From Yuukianura sp. NJ FZ-2021 (taxonomy: Eukaryota), in assembly GCA_046563655.1 (NCBI GenBank), contig CM102283.1:7688001-7752000 (forward strand): a stretch of 64,000 nt of DNA, given 5' to 3'. The notes under the pieces were generated by a model. It was not told the DNA's origin. It searched no databases and saw nothing but the letters and a program-made list of their open reading frames with translations. Of the stretch, positions 63,912 to 64,000 are shown piece after piece; positions within the stretch are counted from its first letter, which is position 1; the number at the start of each line of letters is the position of its first letter. The position numbers and the translations under genes are program-made.

Positions 63912-64000
63912 GTAAAAATTTTCAAAAACCTTTTCAAAATTTTGTTTGGCATTGCTTTTGAATGGATTTCTCAAAACGGAACGTGGTTTCAAAAAAGCAA

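Overview
Eukaryotic genomic DNA with short spliceosomal introns. The gene content (innexins, senseless/Gfi-1) points to an arthropod, possibly a springtail-like hexapod (inference only). It opens with a 318-bp satellite array (~150-2815) carrying a perfect 20-bp palindrome in each full unit. A compact block (3.3-22.5 kb) follows: a lava lamp/giantin-like coiled-coil protein with internal repeats, HMCES/SRAP, a DDAH-family protein lacking the catalytic Cys, a secreted Thr-rich protein, TMCO1, FOXRED1 and a BCAR3/SH2D3-like gene. A ~30-kb gene-poor, strand-skewed region then holds two head-to-head Gfi-1/senseless paralogues (6-finger on -, 4-finger on +). The window ends with a non-autonomous hAT-type element with an intact 8-bp TSD, innexin 2 and the first exon of a divergent innexin. 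Most interesting ideas: both Gfi/sens genes may be nested in a giant 5'-UTR intron of the BCAR3-like gene; the paralogues carry different co-repressor motifs; the sens 3' UTR has two miR-9 seed sites; the DDAH looks like a pseudoenzyme. All exon models were built by hand from splice signals, frame continuity and remembered family motifs; no database search was run.
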